NCBI GenBank assembly: GCA_035248345.1
Contig: DATFHO010000030.1
Span: 6,116 to 70,115, forward strand
Origin: Candidatus Limnocylindrales bacterium
GTDB lineage: Bacteria > Chloroflexota > Limnocylindria > Limnocylindrales > CSP1-4
Reading direction: 5' to 3'
DNA length: 64,000 nucleotides
Under the pieces are notes generated by a model. The model was not told the DNA's origin, ran no database searches, and was given only the letters and a program-made list of their open reading frames with translations. Shown piece by piece: positions 26,084 through 34,762 of the stretch. Positions within the stretch are counted from its first letter, which is position 1. Every line of letters begins with the position of its first letter. Made by a program: the position numbers and the translations under genes.

Positions 26084-27319
26084 CTAGCCAGCCGCGGACT
26101 GCGGCAGCGTGATCGTGATCGTCGTGCCGTGCCCGGCGGTGGGGGCCTCCACGGAGCGCGCCGAGATCGTGCCGCCATGCGCTTCCACGATCGCGCGAGC
26201 GATCGCGAGCCCCAACCCGGAGCCGCGCGAGGTCGGCGATTTCGCGAAGCGCTCGAAGACGTTCGGCAGCAGGTCGGAGGGAATGCCGGGACCGTCGTCG
26301 GCGACCGTGAGCGTGACTGTGCCCGCGCGGGAGGCGGCGCCCAGCGTGATCGACCCACCCGTCGCCATGACGCGGAGCGCGTTGTCGACGAGGTTCGAGA
26401 TCACCTGGCGCATGCGAACCGGATCCAGGTCGATGGGCAGCACGTCCGGTCCGGCCGCGATCGATAGGCTGACCCCGGACGCAGCGGCTCGGGCTCGATG
26501 CGCCGAGACGACGTCGTCGAGCAGCACGTCGGGATCGGTGAGCTCCCGGTGGAGCGGCAATGCGCCCGATTCCGCGAGGCTCAAGGTTCGGAGGTCGTCG
26601 ATGAGCCGCTCGAGGACGCGGCTCTCCTCGAGGATCGGGTGGATGTGCGCGGCGTCGGGCGGGTAGACGCCGTCGAGCAGCGCCTCGAGGTTGCCCTGGA
26701 TGACCGCAAGCGGCGTGCGCAGCTCGTGGCTGACGTCGGCGAGCAGGCGGCGCCGCGTGGCGTCCTCGGATTCGAGGCGCTCGGCCATGGAGTTGAACGC
26801 GCGGCTCAGGCCGCGCAGGTCGGAGCCGCCCTGGGGTGTCTCGTCGACGCGCACGGTGTAGTCGGCGGCTTCGATGCGGTTCGCGGCGTCGACGAGCTCC
26901 GAGAGCGGCCGGCCCACTCGACGCGCCAGGCGCAGGCCGATCGCAAGGGCGATGACGCCGACCACGAGGACGATGAGCGACGCCGGGCGCGCCAGGTTCG
27001 CGAGCAGGCCTTCCCCACCCCCGCGTCCGAACAGGCTGCTCAGCACCCAGAGAACGAGCACGCCGACCGAGACGACGAAGGTCGCAAACAGCACGACCAT
27101 GCACCCGAGGCCCCTGCGCCAGCCAGGCCAGCCGGACCACTCGGAGCCCTGGTTCGTGCTCGCCGCCATGCGCGCGCGACGGCGGGCGCGCATTCGGGCG
27201 CCGGGTGGGCCCCAGCGAGTCGGTGGCCAGGGCTCGTCCTCGGGCCACCACGGTGGCCGCGCATGGGTGTGCGTGCCGGGGCCATGCTCGTGGTCGATGC
27301 CGGGCTCGATGTTCGTCAC
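26084..27319 (-). CDS. Sensor histidine kinase (two TM helices with a ~14-aa external loop, HAMP, HisKA, HATPase)
   Basis: H-box LADVSHELRTPLAVI, N-box ISNLVDNALRV, G-boxes DDGPGI and GSGLGLAI. The GTG start overlaps the regulator stop (GTGA). Confidence 0.85.
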   Translation of the reverse strand: MTNIEPGIDHEHGPGTHTHARPPWWPEDEPWPPTRWGPPGARMRARRRARMAASTNQGSEWSGWPGWRRGLGCMVVLFATFVVSVGVLVLWVLSSLFGRGGGEGLLANLARPASLIVLVVGVIALAIGLRLARRVGRPLSELVDAANRIEAADYTVRVDETPQGGSDLRGLSRAFNSMAERLESEDATRRRLLADVSHELRTPLAVIQGNLEALLDGVYPPDAAHIHPILEESRVLERLIDDLRTLSLAESGALPLHRELTDPDVLLDDVVSAHRARAAASGVSLSIAAGPDVLPIDLDPVRMRQVISNLVDNALRVMATGGSITLGAASRAGTVTLTVADDGPGIPSDLLPNVFERFAKSPTSRGSGLGLAIARAIVEAHGGTISARSVEAPTAGHGTTITITLPQSAAG

Positions 27320-28002
27320 GCCTCGGGGTCCGCCACGCGATAGCCGACGCCGTACACGGTCAGGAGGTAGCGCGGCCGCGCGGGCTCCGGCTCGAGCTTG
27401 CGGCGGATGTTCTTCACGTGGGCATCGATTGCGCGCTCGTACGACTCGAACGCGATGCCGTGGACGGCATCGAGCAGCTGCGAGCGCGTGAACACCCGAC
27501 CCGGTGCGCGGGCCATCGTCTCGAGGATCGCGAACTCGGTCGGCGTGAGGTCGACCGCCCGCCCTTCGACCGTCGCGCGCAGCCGTGGGACGTCGAGCGC
27601 GAGCGCACCGACCTCGATGTGGTCCGCGGCTTCGGTGGCGCGCTCGGAGCGCCGGAGGACGGCCCGAACGCGGGCGACCAGCTCGCGCGGGCTGAACGGC
27701 TTGGTGACGTAGTCGTCGGCGCCGAGCTCGAGGCCGAGCAGCTTGTCCAGCTCGGTGTCGCGGGCGGTCACGACGACGATCGGGGTCGAGCCGGCGGCGC
27801 GGAGCGCGCGGATCACGTCGAGGCCGTCGAGGGCCGGCAGGCCGAGGTCGAGGACGACCAGATCGGGATGGCGCGTGCGCGCGGCGTGGAGCGCCGATTG
27901 GCCGTCCGCGGCGGTCAGGACCGCGAAGCCGGCGTGCTCGAGGTAGTCGCGGGCGAGCTGGGCGATCTTGGGCTCGTCGTCCACGACCAGGAGGGTCTGC
28001 AT
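27316..28002 (-). CDS. OmpR/PhoB-family response regulator (228 aa)
   Basis: MQTLLVVDDEP...DLVVLDLGLPALDG...KPF receiver domain, with a C-terminal winged helix (LTPTEFAILETMA...YLLTVYGVGYRV). Confidence 0.9.
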   Translation of the reverse strand: MQTLLVVDDEPKIAQLARDYLEHAGFAVLTAADGQSALHAARTRHPDLVVLDLGLPALDGLDVIRALRAAGSTPIVVVTARDTELDKLLGLELGADDYVTKPFSPRELVARVRAVLRRSERATEAADHIEVGALALDVPRLRATVEGRAVDLTPTEFAILETMARAPGRVFTRSQLLDAVHGIAFESYERAIDAHVKNIRRKLEPEPARPRYLLTVYGVGYRVADPEA

Positions 28003-28028
28003 CGGGGCCACTTTACGGGGAGACGGAA

Positions 28029-28059
28029 GCGGCGGCGATCCGGATCGGACCGCCGCCGC
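28029..28059 (-). terminator. 9-bp GC hairpin (GCGGCGGCG-N13-CGCCGCCGC) between the small membrane gene and the response regulator
   Basis: A perfect inverted repeat read from the sequence. It lacks a U-tract and could be an attenuator or partial terminator. Confidence 0.3.
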
Positions 28060-28078
28060 GCGAAACGGGAAGGGAGCG

Positions 28079-28555
28079 TCAGCTCGGCGTGGTGCCGGAG
28101 CTGCCGCTGCCAGGGGTGCTCCCTGCCGAGCGGCCGCCCGGGTTCGAACCCTTGGCGGCCTCCTCGTCGTGGAGGCGCTGGTGCAGCTCGGCCATGCGGC
28201 GCTCGCGCTCCTCGCGCCAGCTGCCGGGGCCGCCCATCGGGCCGCCCTTGCCCCAGCCGCCGTAGCCGTACCCGTCGTGCCGGTGGCTCCAGCCGCGGCC
28301 GCGGCCGAAGCCGAAGATCGCGCGGATGATCCCGAACAGCAGGAACAGGAAGAACAGCGGGAACAGGAGCCCGAGGAACCCGAACGGGTGGAACCCCCAG
28401 CCGTAGCCGCCGACGTACCCGACGGCGGCCCCCGCCGGCACGCGCCCGGCATCGACGATGCCCTGGGCGACGCCCGCCTGGTAGATCCCGCCGCCGATGG
28501 CGATCAGGACGCCGACGAACAGGAGGGTGAAAAAGAAGCCTGCGATCGCTCGCAT
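28079..28555 (-). CDS. Small Gly/aromatic-rich membrane protein (158 aa), first gene of the two-component operon
   Basis: Two to three TM helices (FFFTLLFVGVLIAIGGGI; FGFLGLLFPLFFLFLLFGII), then GYGYGGWGKGGPMGGPGSW and a charged helix REERERRMAELHQRLHDEE. I recognise no family. Confidence 0.6.
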   Translation of the reverse strand: MRAIAGFFFTLLFVGVLIAIGGGIYQAGVAQGIVDAGRVPAGAAVGYVGGYGWGFHPFGFLGLLFPLFFLFLLFGIIRAIFGFGRGRGWSHRHDGYGYGGWGKGGPMGGPGSWREERERRMAELHQRLHDEEAAKGSNPGGRSAGSTPGSGSSGTTPS

Positions 28556-28560
28556 GGTGT

Positions 28561-28590
28561 GGTCATCTCCTTGCTTGGAAGTTGATGACC
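28561..28590 (-). promoter_or_regulatory. 7-bp inverted repeat GGTCATC-N16-GATGACC spanning the Shine-Dalgarno of the small membrane gene
   Basis: In mRNA sense: GGTCATCAACTTCCAAGCAAGGAGATGACCACACCATG. The SD AAGGAG sits inside or at the base of the hairpin. GGTCATC also occurs at 26005-26011. Confidence 0.4.
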
Positions 28591-28640
28591 AGACTCTCGG
28601 GCCGACCTGTGAACCAGGTGTGAAGGCACGATGGAGAATG

Positions 28641-30659
28641 TCAGCCCGTCGCAGCGTCCGGCAACGGCGTCGCCAGGAGCGTCGACAGGGCCTCCCGGGC
28701 CGCCTGCGTCGCGAAGATCGTCAGCCGATCACCCGCAAGCAGCACGACGTCACCGCGAGGGACGATGAGCCTGCCGCCCCGGCCGATCGATACCAGCACG
28801 GCGTCCCGCGGCCAGCCGGCATCCGCGACTGCGCGGCCAACGAGCCTGGAGGACGTGGTGACTTCCGCCTCCACGAGGGCCTCGGTCGCCCCCACGGAGC
28901 GAACCTGACGGACGTTCGCCGCGAGCGCGGACCGATAGGCGCCAAGGATGTCGCCGACGGAGATCACGCCGACGACCTCGTCGCCGGCCGTGACCGGCGC
29001 CCACGAGCGATGTGCTTCCGAGAGGATCGCGAGGGCATCATCGAGGCCGTCGTCGACCGTCACGACGGGGCCGCTGAGAGGCAGCTCAGCGAGCGTGCGC
29101 GCCGGGTCCTGGTCGATGAGCTCGGCGAGCAACACGGAGCCTTTGAGCGAGCGGCGCTGGTCGACGACCGGCGCGCCGGGCAGGTCCGCGGCTTCGAGCC
29201 GGCTGCGGGCTGTGCCGATGCGGTCATTGACCGAGAGCAGGAGCCGCGGGACGCGGGCGGCATGCGACGCGGAGACGGAGGCCATCAGCGGCAGCGCGAA
29301 CCGGAACTGGTGCGCCGGCGATTCCGCGCGGCTCTTGAGCTGCGAGCGATAGATCGTGCGGTCGCCGACGATGAGCGTCGCCACCCCGATCGCGAGCATC
29401 GCCGGGGCCAGCATCGCCAAGCTGTCGGTCATCTCGGCAACCATGAGCATCACCGCGAGCGGCGCGTGGGCGACACTGCCGAAGAGCGCCATCATGGCGA
29501 CGATCACGAACCCGGATGGGTCGGCGGGCATGGCCGGCGCAACCGGCTCAAGGAGCCGCCACGCGGACGCTCCGAGCAGGCCGCCGATGACCATGCCCGG
29601 GCCGAAGATCCCGCCGGAGCCGCCGGAGCCGATCGACAGCGACGTCGCGACGATCTTGGCAAGCGGCAGGATGAGCACCATCCACAGGGGCAGTCCGAGC
29701 AAGGTGGTGCGATCCAGCGCAGCCTGGACCCACCCGTAACCCGTGCCCAGGACTCCGGGCACGACCAGCGCGATGCAGCCGACCACGAATCCGGCGATCG
29801 CAGGTCGGACCTCGTGTGGCAGCTTCCAACCCGCGAACCTGCGGGACGTCCCGTAGAAGGCCCGGATGTACAGCCGGCCGACGACGCCGGCCGCGATGCC
29901 CAGGAGCGCGTAGTAGACGAGCTGGCGCGCGTCGGTAAAGCCGGCGCCCGCAACCCGGCCGAAGATCGGCGAGTAGCCGACAAGGGCGCCGAAGACCGAG
30001 AAGGCAACGATCGACGCCACGAAGCCCGGCACGAGGGCTTCCGACTCCACATCGTCCCGGTACGGGATCTCCGCCGCGAGCACGGCACCGCCGAGCGGCG
30101 CCCGGAAGATGGCGCCAATTCCCGCACCCATGCCGCACGCGACCGCGATCCGCGCGTCGCGCGCGTCAAGGTCGAGGATGCGCGCGAGCCATGACCCGAA
30201 CCCGGCGCCGATCTGCGCCGTGGGCCCCTCGCGGCCACCGGAGCCGCCCGCTCCGATCGTGATCGCCGACGCGAGAAGCTTGATTGCCGGGATTCGCGCC
30301 CGAATCCTCCGTGCCCCGTGGTGGAACGCCGCGATCGCGGCGTCCGTGCCGTGACCCTCGGCCTCGGGCGCGAGGCGGAACACGATGACGCCCGAGATGA
30401 GCCCGCCAAGTGCCACGACGAACGGGATCAACAACGGACGCTGCGGATCGGAGATGGGGTTGCCGCCTTCGCCGAGCGCGGACGCCGGCGTGTACGCGGC
30501 AAGCCCGCCGAGGAAGACTCGGGTCGCGAGCTCGAGCCCCGCCAGGAACAGCGCGGCGCCGATCCCGCTGATCACGCCGATCAGGGCTCCGAGCACGATC
30601 CACTTGTGGAGGTACTCCGCGGACCGGATGCGGGCCCGCAGTCCCGGCAGCAGCCTCAT
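28641..30659 (-). CDS. ClC-family chloride channel/antiporter with C-terminal CBS pair and RCK_C (TrkA-C) domain (672 aa)
   Basis: ClC selectivity motifs GSGGREGP, GAIFRAPLGGAV and GGSGGIFGP. CBS-like segments precede LVGRAVADAGWPRDAVLVSIGRGGRLIVPRGDVVLLAGDRLTIFA. The ATG overlaps the MarR stop (ATGA). Confidence 0.85.
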   Translation of the reverse strand: MRLLPGLRARIRSAEYLHKWIVLGALIGVISGIGAALFLAGLELATRVFLGGLAAYTPASALGEGGNPISDPQRPLLIPFVVALGGLISGVIVFRLAPEAEGHGTDAAIAAFHHGARRIRARIPAIKLLASAITIGAGGSGGREGPTAQIGAGFGSWLARILDLDARDARIAVACGMGAGIGAIFRAPLGGAVLAAEIPYRDDVESEALVPGFVASIVAFSVFGALVGYSPIFGRVAGAGFTDARQLVYYALLGIAAGVVGRLYIRAFYGTSRRFAGWKLPHEVRPAIAGFVVGCIALVVPGVLGTGYGWVQAALDRTTLLGLPLWMVLILPLAKIVATSLSIGSGGSGGIFGPGMVIGGLLGASAWRLLEPVAPAMPADPSGFVIVAMMALFGSVAHAPLAVMLMVAEMTDSLAMLAPAMLAIGVATLIVGDRTIYRSQLKSRAESPAHQFRFALPLMASVSASHAARVPRLLLSVNDRIGTARSRLEAADLPGAPVVDQRRSLKGSVLLAELIDQDPARTLAELPLSGPVVTVDDGLDDALAILSEAHRSWAPVTAGDEVVGVISVGDILGAYRSALAANVRQVRSVGATEALVEAEVTTSSRLVGRAVADAGWPRDAVLVSIGRGGRLIVPRGDVVLLAGDRLTIFATQAAREALSTLLATPLPDAATG

Positions 30660-31093
30660 GCGATGCCTTCGAGGAGTTCCGCGAGTCGCTCGACGACGCT
30701 CGCGGCGCCGGACGGGAGGCCGGCGCCATCGAGCGCGGCCTGGAGTTCCAGCCGCCGCCGGGCGACGATCCGCGCCCGCAGCTCGCGGCCGGCGCCGGTG
30801 AGCGTGACGCGCACCACTCGGGCATCGTCCGAAGCGCGCTCGGTGGCTACGAGGCCGCGGTCGCGCAGCCGGCCGACGAGCCGGCTCGTCGCCGCGATCT
30901 TTGCCCCGAGCGCGGCAGCAAGGCCGCCGACGGCAAGGCCCTCGGGGACGTCGATCAGGACCAGCGCCCGCCACTGCAGGAGGGTCAGTTCGGACGCATC
31001 CATTGCGTGTGCGCGCGCGGTGACCCCGACCGACGCGACGACGATGCGTTCGAGGTCCAGCAAGGTGGACGCGGGAGTGGCAGAATGGCGCAC
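30656..31093 (-). CDS. MarR-family transcriptional regulator
   Basis: Winged-helix core LTLLQWRALVLIDVPEGLAVGGLAAALGAKIAATSRLVGRLRDRGLVATERASDDARVVRVTLT, with a GTG start. Confidence 0.8.
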   Translation of the reverse strand: MRHSATPASTLLDLERIVVASVGVTARAHAMDASELTLLQWRALVLIDVPEGLAVGGLAAALGAKIAATSRLVGRLRDRGLVATERASDDARVVRVTLTGAGRELRARIVARRRLELQAALDGAGLPSGAASVVERLAELLEGIA

Positions 31094-31100
31094 GACGTTA

Positions 31101-31116
31101 CTTTACATGAGTAAAG
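31101..31116. promoter_or_regulatory. Perfect AT-rich palindrome CTTTAC-ATGA-GTAAAG in the 24-nt MarR/ABC divergent gap
   Basis: Read directly from the sequence. It lies 8 nt from the MarR GTG and 2 nt from the ABC ATG, and is the only AT-rich patch in a GC-rich context. TAAAGT (minus sense) ends 6 nt before the MarR GTG, which is compatible with a leaderless transcript. Confidence 0.6.
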
Positions 31117-31117
31117 C

Positions 31118-32029
31118 ATGAAGCCGTCCGAGTCGCCGTCCGAGTCTGTTGTTTCCATCCAGGGGCTCGTGAAGCACTACGGTGCTGTCGAAGCCGTGCG
31201 CGGCATCGATCTCGAGGTCCGGCGCGGCGAGGTGTTCGGCTTCCTGGGCCCGAACGGCGCCGGCAAGAGCACGACAATCCGGTGCCTGCTCGGGCTGCTC
31301 CGCCCTACTGCGGGACGTGTGACCGCCTTCGGCCTCGACGCAACGCGCGATGGCGTCGCGGTGCGCCGGCGGCTCGCCTACGTGCCCGGCGAGCTGCGGC
31401 TCCCCGAGCGCGTGACGGGCCGAACGCTCGTCGGCACCATGGCAGCACTGCGGGGCCGCGTCGATGATCGACGACGCGACGAGCTCGCCGAGCGCCTGCG
31501 CTTCGATCTCGACCGGCCAGTTGGTGACCTGTCGACGGGCAACCGCCGCAAGCTCGCGTTGCTGCTGGCGTTCCTTGCCGACACCGAGCTCCTCGTCCTG
31601 GACGAGCCCACCAACGGCCTCGATCCACTCATGCAGCGCGAGTTCCTCGCCCTGGTCGCGGAGGCAAAGGCCCGCCGCGCGACCGTGTTCCTGTCATCGC
31701 ACGTGCTGAGCGAGGTCCAGCGGGCGGCCGACCGCGTCGCGGTGCTCCGCGGCGGCAAGCTGATCGCGTCAGGAACGGTCGACGAGCTGCGGCGCCGAGC
31801 TCGCCAGCGTGTCGAGGTCTGGTTCGAGGGGCCGGCGCCCGAAACAGAGCTGGCGGACGTTGCCGGCCTCGTCGACCGGTCCATCAACGGCTCGCACGTC
31901 GCGGCCACGCTCGCCGGGCCCATCGCGCCGTTGCTGGCCGTGCTCGCGAGGCATCCGGTGCTGTCGATGCTGGTGGAAGAGCCGGATCTCGAGGAAGCGT
32001 TCCTCGGCCTGTACGAGGGCGCGGCGTGA
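31118..32029 (+). CDS. ABC-2-type exporter ATP-binding protein
   Basis: Walker A GPNGAGKSTT, signature LSTGNRRKLALLLAF and Walker B LLVLDEPTNGLD. Confidence 0.9.
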   Translation: MKPSESPSESVVSIQGLVKHYGAVEAVRGIDLEVRRGEVFGFLGPNGAGKSTTIRCLLGLLRPTAGRVTAFGLDATRDGVAVRRRLAYVPGELRLPERVTGRTLVGTMAALRGRVDDRRRDELAERLRFDLDRPVGDLSTGNRRKLALLLAFLADTELLVLDEPTNGLDPLMQREFLALVAEAKARRATVFLSSHVLSEVQRAADRVAVLRGGKLIASGTVDELRRRARQRVEVWFEGPAPETELADVAGLVDRSINGSHVAATLAGPIAPLLAVLARHPVLSMLVEEPDLEEAFLGLYEGAA

Positions 32030-32832
32030 GCGGCGCGGTGCCGGCCCTGGTCGTCAGCTGCGTGCGCTCGATCCGGCGCGCAGTCGTGTGGTGGGCGGTG
32101 TCCATCGCCGTGCTCGTTGCCCTGACGGTCGCGTTCTGGCCCGCGTTCCGCGGCGCGTCCGGGATCACCCAGGCCATCGAGACGCTGCCGACGGCAGTGA
32201 TCGATGCGTTCGGCCTCGACAGCCTCGGGACGCCGGCCGGCTTCCTCCGCGGGAACCTGTACGAGTTGTTCGTGCCGCTCCTGTTCAGCGTCGCGGCGGT
32301 CGCCCTGGTGAAAGGGCAGACCGCGAACGACGAGTCGGCGGGGCGGCTCGAGCTCTTCCTCGCCCAGCCTGTGAGCCGCCGGACGCTGTTCGCGGCGCGG
32401 TCCGTCGCCTGCCTCGCTGGCCTCGCCGTGATCGTCGTGGCGACGATCGCCATCCAGCTCGTGAGCGATGCGGTCATCGGTCTGGAGATCGACACGGGCG
32501 CCATCTTCGCGACCGCAACGCTGTGCGGCCTCCTCGCGGCGTTCCACGCGAGCATCGCGTTCTGCATCGCGTGCCTTCGGCCGAAGCCGTCGGCCGTGCT
32601 CGCCGGCGGGATCGGCGTCAGCCTTGCCGGCTACGTCGTGTCGGCGTTGTTCCCGATCTCCACGGCACTGAAGCCATGGCGCGTGCTGTCACCGTGGGAC
32701 TGGGCGCTGGGCGGCAACCCGCTCGAGCAGGCATCCGAACCGTGGCGATTCATTGCCCTGGGTGTGCCCGCGGTCCTGCTCGTGCTCATCGGGCTGTGGG
32801 GCGTGACGCGCCGCGACGTCGCGGCCGCATAG
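32026..32832 (+). CDS. ABC-2 family transporter permease
   Basis: GTGA overlap with the ATPase stop. 6-TM profile, 268 aa. Confidence 0.75.
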   Translation: MSGAVPALVVSCVRSIRRAVVWWAVSIAVLVALTVAFWPAFRGASGITQAIETLPTAVIDAFGLDSLGTPAGFLRGNLYELFVPLLFSVAAVALVKGQTANDESAGRLELFLAQPVSRRTLFAARSVACLAGLAVIVVATIAIQLVSDAVIGLEIDTGAIFATATLCGLLAAFHASIAFCIACLRPKPSAVLAGGIGVSLAGYVVSALFPISTALKPWRVLSPWDWALGGNPLEQASEPWRFIALGVPAVLLVLIGLWGVTRRDVAAA

Positions 32833-32876
32833 CGCGAAACGGAGCGAGATCGGGCGGGTTCGCGGGCTCGCGAAGG

Positions 32877-33194
32877 TCAGGTGGGCTTGATCACCACGCC
32901 CGGGATGCGGTACTGGCTCGGGAGGCCGTCGGCGTCGGCGTCGGAGTAGCCGGGGCCGGTGATCGAGCCATCCGCGTCGAAGAAGTCCGCGTAGCGCGCC
33001 TTGTTCTCGGCCGCGAACGTGTAGGCGGCGGCGACGCCCATGCGCCGGAGCTCGGGGTGCTCCTTGAGCATCCGGGTCAGCGAGTAGCCCGCGCTGCGCA
33101 GCTCGAGGATGTTGCGCACGGTGAGCCGGGTGCCGTAGCAGAACGGCTCGCCGTTCATGACGAGCGGGTCGGTCTGGACCCACTTGATCGTCAC
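32877..33194 (-). CDS. DUF433 domain protein (antitoxin-like HTH) with a ~45-aa acidic C-terminal extension
   Basis: MNGEPFCYGTRLTVRNILELRSAGYSLTRMLKEHPELRRMGVAAAYTFAAEN fits the DUF433 pattern (P.I.GTR..V..IL......G.S.EEI....P.L....I..AL.Y). Confidence 0.6.
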   Translation of the reverse strand: MTIKWVQTDPLVMNGEPFCYGTRLTVRNILELRSAGYSLTRMLKEHPELRRMGVAAAYTFAAENKARYADFFDADGSITGPGYSDADADGLPSQYRIPGVVIKPT

Positions 33195-33195
33195 G

Positions 33196-33678
33196 TCATG
33201 CGCCCCGGTAGATGAACGCGATGATCGGGTTGCGCTTGCGCGCGTCGCCGGCGAGACGGCGGTTCCACTTGAAGACCGCGATCGCCTCGTCGATGGCTTC
33301 GTCGATGGTGGGCTGGGCAGCGGGATCGACGACGGACCCGGCGGCGCGGCGAAGGCCTTCGCACAGCGTGATCACGTCGTCCATCGACACCTTGCGCTTG
33401 CGATACCGAACCGCCACGAGGTCGGCGAACGTGGCCATGTGTCGCGGGTCGCCACTCGCGACCGCCGCAATGAGCCGATCGACGAACGCCTGGAGGTCCG
33501 ACTCCAGCGCCTGCAGGACCATCGCATCGTGGCGGTCCTTCATCGTCGGGTCGATGTCGAGCGCGGAAGCCAGGGCGCGGGCGCTCAGGCGGGCGCCGGC
33601 ACTGCGGATCGCCGCCGCGGCCGCGCGATCACCCGCATGGAGGTCGCGAGGCGGCATGCCGAGGCTGGGGTGGCTCAC
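33196..33678 (-). CDS. Hypothetical all-alpha protein (160 aa)
   Basis: The ORF has GC3-rich codon usage and ends 1 nt before the DUF433 start. I recognise no family. Confidence 0.45.
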   Translation of the reverse strand: MSHPSLGMPPRDLHAGDRAAAAAIRSAGARLSARALASALDIDPTMKDRHDAMVLQALESDLQAFVDRLIAAVASGDPRHMATFADLVAVRYRKRKVSMDDVITLCEGLRRAAGSVVDPAAQPTIDEAIDEAIAVFKWNRRLAGDARKRNPIIAFIYRGA

Positions 33679-33732
33679 GCGCCGGAGTCTACCGTGCAGC
33701 CCGAGCGTGCGCCCCGACGCTGCGCCGGTACG

Positions 33733-34257
33733 ATGCGGTCGATGACATCGAACGAACCCGGCGATCGACCCCGGCTCTCGGCACCACCCGGCGATCGCTA
33801 TCGACCGGCCGACGCTGGCGGTACCGGGCGCGGTGGGACCTCGGGCGTCGGCCCGTCGGCGCTGATCGGCGCCCTGATCCGAGCCGACATCGCCGCGATG
33901 CTCGGCGCGGCGGCGCTGGTCCTGGTCGGCGCGGTCTTCGCATCGACGTTCGGGCTGCTGTTCGTGGCCGGCGTCATGGGCACGGCGATCGGGCTGCTGC
34001 TGGCGCGCGCTGCCGTGCCGGGCGGGGGCCAGACGCCGGTCGCACGTGGGCTCGTCGTTCGCGTCGCGACGGGTCTCGCGCTCGTCGCGGTCGCCGTTGC
34101 GTACGTGGCGATCTGGCTCTACGGGCGAGGCGAAGGCGGGACGCTCGGGCTGTTCGACTACCTGTGGACCACGTTCGGGCCATTCGTTCCCGCGGTCGCG
34201 GTCATCGCCATGGTCACGGCGTGGTGGGGCGCCAGCGCTGGTCCAGTCCAGCGCTGA
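33733..34257 (+). CDS. Hypothetical integral membrane protein (4 predicted TM, 174 aa)
   Basis: Hydrophobic helices (IAAMLGAAALVLVGAVFASTFGLLFVAGVMGTAIGLLLA; LVVRVATGLALVAVAVAYVAIWLY; FVPAVAVIAMVTAWW). The stop overlaps the next ATG (TGATG). Confidence 0.5.
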   Translation: MRSMTSNEPGDRPRLSAPPGDRYRPADAGGTGRGGTSGVGPSALIGALIRADIAAMLGAAALVLVGAVFASTFGLLFVAGVMGTAIGLLLARAAVPGGGQTPVARGLVVRVATGLALVAVAVAYVAIWLYGRGEGGTLGLFDYLWTTFGPFVPAVAVIAMVTAWWGASAGPVQR

Positions 34258-34751
34258 TGGACGCGGGATCGCTCACGTATCGGCGTCCGACCGAGCCGGA
34301 CTACCCAAGGATCAGCCGCGTCGTCGACGACTGGTGGGGCGGCCGAAAGATGGACGTGCTGCTCCCACGGCTCTGGCTGCAGCACTTCACGGGCACGTCC
34401 TGGCTCGCCGAGACGGCTGATGGCCAGCTCGGCGGGTTCCTGGTCGGGTTCCTGTCGCCGGACCAGCCGGACACCGCCTACTGCCACATGGTGGCGACCC
34501 ATCCCGGCCTGCGCGGCCAGGGCGTCGGGCGCGCGCTGTACGAGCGCTTCTTCGAGGACGCCCGGGCAGGCGGCCGATCCATCGTGAAGGCCGTGACGTG
34601 GCCGGCGAATCGCACGTCGCTGGCGTTCCATCGCGCGATGGGCTTCGAGATCGTGGGCGGTCAAGGGACCCAGAATCTCTATGGAACACCGTCCGTCGCC
34701 GGGTACGATTTCGACAGGGAGGACCGCGCGACGCTCGTTCGCACGCTCTGA
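34257..34751 (+). CDS. GNAT-family N-acetyltransferase
   Basis: Motif A HPGLRGQGVGRALYERF and the overall GNAT length (164 aa). Confidence 0.75.
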   Translation: MDAGSLTYRRPTEPDYPRISRVVDDWWGGRKMDVLLPRLWLQHFTGTSWLAETADGQLGGFLVGFLSPDQPDTAYCHMVATHPGLRGQGVGRALYERFFEDARAGGRSIVKAVTWPANRTSLAFHRAMGFEIVGGQGTQNLYGTPSVAGYDFDREDRATLVRTL

Positions 34752-34762
34752 GGGAGGGAATC

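Noticed and set aside
31107-31121. Four-codon mini-ORF (ATG AGT AAA GCA TGA) inside the MarR/ABC palindrome, overlapping the ABC start
   Set aside because: It is most simply a by-product of the palindrome sequence. It has no RBS and is too short to evaluate.
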